In this document: one piece after another, positions 60,194-64,000 of the stretch
Layout of the letters: each line of letters starts with the position of its first letter
Numbering within the stretch: the stretch's first letter is position 1
NCBI GenBank assembly: GCA_913063225.1
Contig: CAJXYP010000009.1
Location: 27,719 to 91,718 of the forward strand
Length of the DNA: 64,000 nt
Source: an uncultured Cellvibrionales bacterium
GTDB taxonomy: Bacteria; Pseudomonadota; Gammaproteobacteria; Pseudomonadales; GM7GCV1
Reading direction: 5' to 3'
Notes under the pieces: generated by a model
Databases searched by the model: none
Seen by the model: the letters and a program-made list of their open reading frames with translations, nothing else
Told to the model about the DNA's origin: nothing
Program-made: the position numbers and the translations under genes

Positions 60194-61053
60194 TATATCC
60201 AGTTTCTAAGATATTTTATGGCCGTCGAATCCGTCTGCCATCCTCCTCTCAACATAATCTTTTCCAATGGCTCACCTTGCTCTAATAGATCAAGTGCAGC
60301 GCCCACCCTAAATGAATGGCCGCTGAGTGGTTGTTCATTTGGCCCAGATTTTAATTCTTTCTGTAGCGTCTTTAGTATTGTGCTGATACTTGCTGGGTTT
60401 AGGTTATTTCCAATATGCCCGTGTTTGTTAATGGATCTTAGGATGCTTCCCTCATCGCCAACTATCTCTTTCCATGTTTCTAATAAGTTAAGCAACTCCT
60501 CGCTTATAGGTAAAACCTTACCTGTTCCAAATTGATCGGTTTTTGAGAAGTTAAGTCTGATAATAGGTTTACCGTTTGGTGCTTGGTCTAAATCTTCAAA
60601 CTTAAAGATGCAGAGTTCGGATCTTCGCCGCATTGTTTCGTAGCCGAGTCTTAATAGGACTTTATTCCTTAAACCCCTAATGCTCTTATCGCAGTTATTG
60701 AGCAGTTGGTTGAGTAAGCTTTTGGTGAGTGGCGTAGCTTGCTGCTGTGCCCATCCAATTTTTCTATGCATTCGCTTAAGGGCCAGTATCACTTCCGGCT
60801 GTTTGGTGGGGTCATGATTTTTTGATAGCTTTAGTACTGTGCCGAGGCTATTGATACGCCTGCGGATGGTAGCACTTTTGTTGTTTTCACTGAGGTAGTC
60901 CACGTACATTGCCATAGTCTCTGCTGTGGCGGGAATTGGTTCTTGGTTATTTTGTAGGCACCAGTTTTGGTATTGGATAAAGTCTGATCTGTAGGCCCTG
61001 ATGGTATTTTGTGCAAAGGCGCCATCAAATTTGGCTAAGATATCGTCAATCAT
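60190..61053 (-). CDS. Cre-like tyrosine recombinase/resolvase (start revised to 61053)
   Basis: AQNTIRAYRSD N-domain; catalytic R (MRRSEL), K (SKTDQ), HSFR, GGW, KY; GGAG upstream of ATG 61053. Confidence 0.9.
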   Translation of the reverse strand: MIDDILAKFDGAFAQNTIRAYRSDFIQYQNWCLQNNQEPIPATAETMAMYVDYLSENNKSATIRRRINSLGTVLKLSKNHDPTKQPEVILALKRMHRKIGWAQQQATPLTKSLLNQLLNNCDKSIRGLRNKVLLRLGYETMRRRSELCIFKFEDLDQAPNGKPIIRLNFSKTDQFGTGKVLPISEELLNLLETWKEIVGDEGSILRSINKHGHIGNNLNPASISTILKTLQKELKSGPNEQPLSGHSFRVGAALDLLEQGEPLEKIMLRGGWQTDSTAIKYLRNWIY

Positions 61054-61120
61054 GTTATTCTCCATAAAAGGAAATTTAAGCGCTTTAAATGGAATAATAT
61101 ACACCATAAATGGATAATAA

Positions 61121-61378
61121 ATGATTTCTGCTGAACAAATCAAGGCTTCTCGTGCATTAATTGGCTGGAGTGCTGCTGAATTGGCAAAACGAAGCTCTGT
61201 TGGCGCTACAACGTTGAGGCGGTATGAGATGATTGGAGGGGTTCCAAGTGCTAATTTGTCGGTATTGATGAAGCTAAAATCTACGTTAGAAGCAGCCGGC
61301 ATCGAATTCACTGGTGACCCTTTAGTTAATCCTGGGGTTGTCCTGCACCTAAAACGCGACGCCGACCGGGCAAGTTAA
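61121..61378 (+). CDS. Xre-family HTH regulator
   Basis: QIKASRALIGWSAAELA..TLRRYE..LEAAGIEF; divergent from the recombinase. Confidence 0.85.
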   Translation: MISAEQIKASRALIGWSAAELAKRSSVGATTLRRYEMIGGVPSANLSVLMKLKSTLEAAGIEFTGDPLVNPGVVLHLKRDADRAS

Positions 61379-61432
61379 TTGTTGTCAATACCTTAAAGTG
61401 TAATTTTCGCCGATCTTATAGTCATAACGGAG

Positions 61433-62017
61433 GTGTTTATATTGAAGAGTTCAGTCAAATCTATTACCACTTTGCTGCCCACACCTAGGCTTCTCCCTAA
61501 TGAGTCTGAGGCAGAATTTCAATCAAGCCTACAGGGCTTACTCTCTGAGCTTGAAATCCCATCTCCGCTTAATATTGCTCTGGTGATCCAACTAAATGAG
61601 TGTCTTTGGTGGATTAAACGGCATACGGTCGATAAGGAGCTCTTGTTGCATGAGTCAATGGCTGGAATATTAACCAGGTCTGCTGAATTTCCTCAATCCT
61701 ATGATAATCGCCGGGTTTCCATGGCTCTTGAGGGTTTCCTTGCTGGTAATGCAAGTGAGGAGGATGAACAATGGATTGACGAGTTGTTAAACCGTGCCGA
61801 GTTGACCGTGTCTGATCTTCGGGCACGTGGTTTTAAGGGCGCGTATAAACACATTAAAATGGCGGATGATCTAATTCATCGCCAGTATCAGACCATGCGA
61901 CATCTACAGAAGAGTATTGACTCGGTGGATTTTAAGTCCAGATTGATTAAACGCATGGACCTTGAGTTGGCCGTGCTTGAAAATAACGCCCTGGCTATCG
62001 ATGCCAATCCCTCCTAA
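61433..62017 (+). CDS. Hypothetical helical protein
   Basis: 194-aa ORF, GTG start; LLPNES..F..L..P..LV..LW..KR pattern. Confidence 0.65.
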   Translation: MFILKSSVKSITTLLPTPRLLPNESEAEFQSSLQGLLSELEIPSPLNIALVIQLNECLWWIKRHTVDKELLLHESMAGILTRSAEFPQSYDNRRVSMALEGFLAGNASEEDEQWIDELLNRAELTVSDLRARGFKGAYKHIKMADDLIHRQYQTMRHLQKSIDSVDFKSRLIKRMDLELAVLENNALAIDANPS

Positions 62018-62522
62018 AACCCATACCAACCGTCGCAATGCGCAGCGATCAACAGGCCCTACAAGCACCGAGGGTAAGTTAGTTAGCAGCCAAAATTCCC
62101 GTAAGCATGGCCTAAGTAGTGCCCCCGACTTTGAATCGTCGCTTGAGTATCAGACGCTTGTCGATCTCATCGCGGAGGAGGGGTTCTCTGCCTTTGCCTG
62201 TGCCGATATTGCCGCGGGACTTCTCAATTATCGACGTGTGATGGATGCCTATTACGATACCTATACCAGCCCCGAGCCGGTCAATGAGTTTATGCGTGAT
62301 ATGAACGTGAAGGCTTCGATCCCTATCTTCAGAGAGCTACTCAGTCCGTCGGGCAGTGAGCCCCAAGATGTGCGCGACATGGCAGCTTTTTTTGCGAGCA
62401 TGCAAAGACAGGAGCGGCGCAAGGGTGGGCCGGTATCCCGTCGCTCTGCGGACACCCACAAGCTGATACGCTACCAGCGCAACGGCATCGCTCGGTTATC
62501 GAGAGCGGTTCGCCAAGGCTAG
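62001..62522 (+). CDS. Hypothetical protein with NRRNAQRSTGP..EGK..SSQN..KHGL motif
   Basis: Recognisable motif of an uncharacterised mobile-element-associated family; ATG 62001 overlaps the end of the previous ORF. Confidence 0.7.
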   Translation: MPIPPKTHTNRRNAQRSTGPTSTEGKLVSSQNSRKHGLSSAPDFESSLEYQTLVDLIAEEGFSAFACADIAAGLLNYRRVMDAYYDTYTSPEPVNEFMRDMNVKASIPIFRELLSPSGSEPQDVRDMAAFFASMQRQERRKGGPVSRRSADTHKLIRYQRNGIARLSRAVRQG

Positions 62523-62720
62523 ACTAAAAAAATAACAAAACGAAGCCAAATCCCAATCCCAATCGTGGCCTGCGATAAATGCCTTTATCAAGCTTAAAGT
62601 GATTTATTTTTTGGTCACGGAATATATTCCCCATTCCACCGTCTTCTCAATCTTTTTTTCTACTGAAACCTACTTTACCGTGACTGAATTGATTTTCATG
62701 TAAGTGTTTTTTATTTGTTA

Positions 62721-63011
62721 TTATTTCTTGCAGAATGCCTCAAAATTCTTTGCCGCATTCTCAGACAACTCCGAATAAAACAATGCTGCAGCATATGACT
62801 TTTCAGATTCTTCCTCGTTTCCTGCTATTCTCTCTTTGTCTGCAGTTTTTAATACTTCTCCAGACGTATATAAGAAAAATTCTGCGGCTTCACTGACTTT
62901 TTTACAGTCTTCAGTCTTCCAAAATCCTATATCGGACTCTTCAACATCGGAATATCCTGAGAGGGGAATAAGTAAAATTAATAGACAGAAGAAACAGGTA
63001 AATTTATTCAA
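62721..63011 (-). CDS. Small secreted helical protein with two Cys in the mature part
   Basis: Signal-peptide-like N-terminus, acidic helical body, C..C. Confidence 0.6.
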   Translation of the reverse strand: MNKFTCFFCLLILLIPLSGYSDVEESDIGFWKTEDCKKVSEAAEFFLYTSGEVLKTADKERIAGNEEESEKSYAAALFYSELSENAAKNFEAFCKK

Positions 63012-63084
63012 GATGTAGCCCTAGTACCGGAAAGTTTAGATTAGCACACTAGCACAGACGACATAAAAATATTACTAGGTCTGA

Positions 63085-63430
63085 CTAGCCAAAATAGTGG
63101 TATTCGAGAGATATCTTGGACATCTTGATTGGGTATTGGTGGTTTCTTGACTCTTCTACTCTAGAATCTCGTTGATTCTTTCTCTTCAAAACTGAATGAA
63201 CTGATTGAGGTAACTACTTGTTACCTCTTTGAGTAGGAATACCCCATTCATTCATCTTCCTACTTATCCTTCTGTACCCCAATCCTCCCATATCATGAAG
63301 AAATGTAATAACTGATGGATTACTTCTTGTTTCTTAGAGTATGTTTGGTGATGTGTGAGGTTGTTTGATTGACCCTCGATGGTGAATTCTAGGTGTGGGA
63401 TTGTTCCTTGAAGAACCCCACTACCCAAAA
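63085..63430 (-). pseudogene. Recombinase-domain (large serine recombinase DNA-binding-like) pseudogene, alanine-free
   Basis: Reconstructed ..PHLEFTIEGQSNNLTHHQTYSKKQEVIHQL/ITFLHDMGGLGYRRISRKMNEWGIPTQRGNK*LPQSVHSVLKRK..; 1-nt frameshift near 63309 and TAG at 63214-63216 where Trp is expected. Confidence 0.65.
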
Positions 63431-64000
63431 CTATTCCACTGTTACCGACTTCGCCAAATTCCTCGGCTGATCCACATCCGTACCCTTAACCAGCGCGATG
63501 TGGTAAGCGAGTAACTGCAATGGAATGGAATAAACTATAGGCTCCAAAAGCTCAGGTACATGCGGCATCGGGATTACGTGAATCGTTTGATCACTACTAA
63601 ATCCGGCATCAGAATCAGCAAATACATAAAGTTGCCCGCCTCTGGCTTTGACCTCCTCAAGGTTTGATTTCAGCTTTTCCAAAAGTTTGTTGGATGGAGC
63701 TACTGCGATAACCGGCATGTTTTCGTCTACAAGGGCCAGTGGTCCGTGTTTAAGCTCCCCTGATGGATAAGCTTCAGCATGAATATAGGAAATCTCTTTT
63801 AGCTTTAAAGCTGCTTCCATAGCAACTGGGTAGTGCACACCCCGACCTAAAAATAGTGCATGGTCCTTATCCGCAAATTTTAGGCTAGTCCGCTCAATAA
63901 TTGGTTCGATACTAAGTACTTGCCGGCAAAGCTTATTTAGCTGTCCAAACAATTTAACCGGTTTAATTTTTTCGTCTGATATTCCTTTTGCCTGCATCAT
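63431..64000 (-). CDS. glmS: Glutamine--fructose-6-phosphate aminotransferase, C-terminal part (enters from window end)
   Basis: [43 protein letters not shown]. Confidence 0.96.
   Translation of the reverse strand: MMQAKGISDEKIKPVKLFGQLNKLCRQVLSIEPIIERTSLKFADKDHALFLGRGVHYPVAMEAALKLKEISYIHAEAYPSGELKHGPLALVDENMPVIAVAPSNKLLEKLKSNLEEVKARGGQLYVFADSDAGFSSDQTIHVIPMPHVPELLEPIVYSIPLQLLAYHIALVKGTDVDQPRNLAKSVTVE

Noticed and set aside
61054-61311. N-terminal extension of the tyrosine recombinase in the ORF track
   Set aside because: It is antisense to the Xre gene and spans the divergent spacer; the RBS and domain start favour ATG 61053.
529-62461. Many short antisense or alternate-frame ORFs in the track
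   Set aside because: They are nested in well-supported genes and lack motifs or an RBS.
63380-63430. Tn7 insertion at attTn7 downstream of glmS
   Set aside because: No TGT..ACA end with repeated TnsB sites near the expected position, and no tns genes in the window.

Overview
Chromosomal window from a Gammaproteobacterium (Pseudomonadales-like gene order, probably marine; inferred from gene content only). About 1-38 kb is core genome: pyrD-rlmKL, tatD-slt, topA, lexA, MATE, trmH, birA divergent from bioBFHCD, a GGDEF protein, beta-carbonic anhydrase, a 1515-aa biotin-dependent carboxylase, split class II RNR nrdJa/nrdJb, xthA, a BrnT/BrnA toxin-antitoxin pair, gpmA, prc and mipA. About 38-60 kb is a surface-polysaccharide locus: gfcA/gfcD-like export genes, a large SLBB protein, wecA, wzi, wzz, RfaH with an ops site, a MarR-EPS regulator, a decayed glmS 5' stub, and an AT-rich Wzx/Wzy cluster with two 2OG-Fe(II) oxygenases and L-FucNAc/L-QuiNAc genes. 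About 60-63.4 kb is mobile-element debris next to the 3' end of glmS. Most notable: (1) a single polypeptide carrying AccA-, AccD-, AccC- and AccB-like domains in the order CTalpha-[~400 aa]-CTbeta-BC-BCCP, close to carbonic anhydrase, birA and the biotin operon; (2) a 363-bp stretch with no GpC dinucleotide that starts at the glmS 3' end and encodes an Ala-free recombinase-domain pseudogene, with a second degenerate glmS-end (SVTVK*) copy about 760 bp away; (3) wzi flanked by a 146-bp direct repeat of the wecA-wzz junction; (4) three types of structured MITE/ERIC-like intergenic repeats. No rRNA, tRNA or CRISPR array was seen. All family assignments come from motif recognition by eye, not from database searches.
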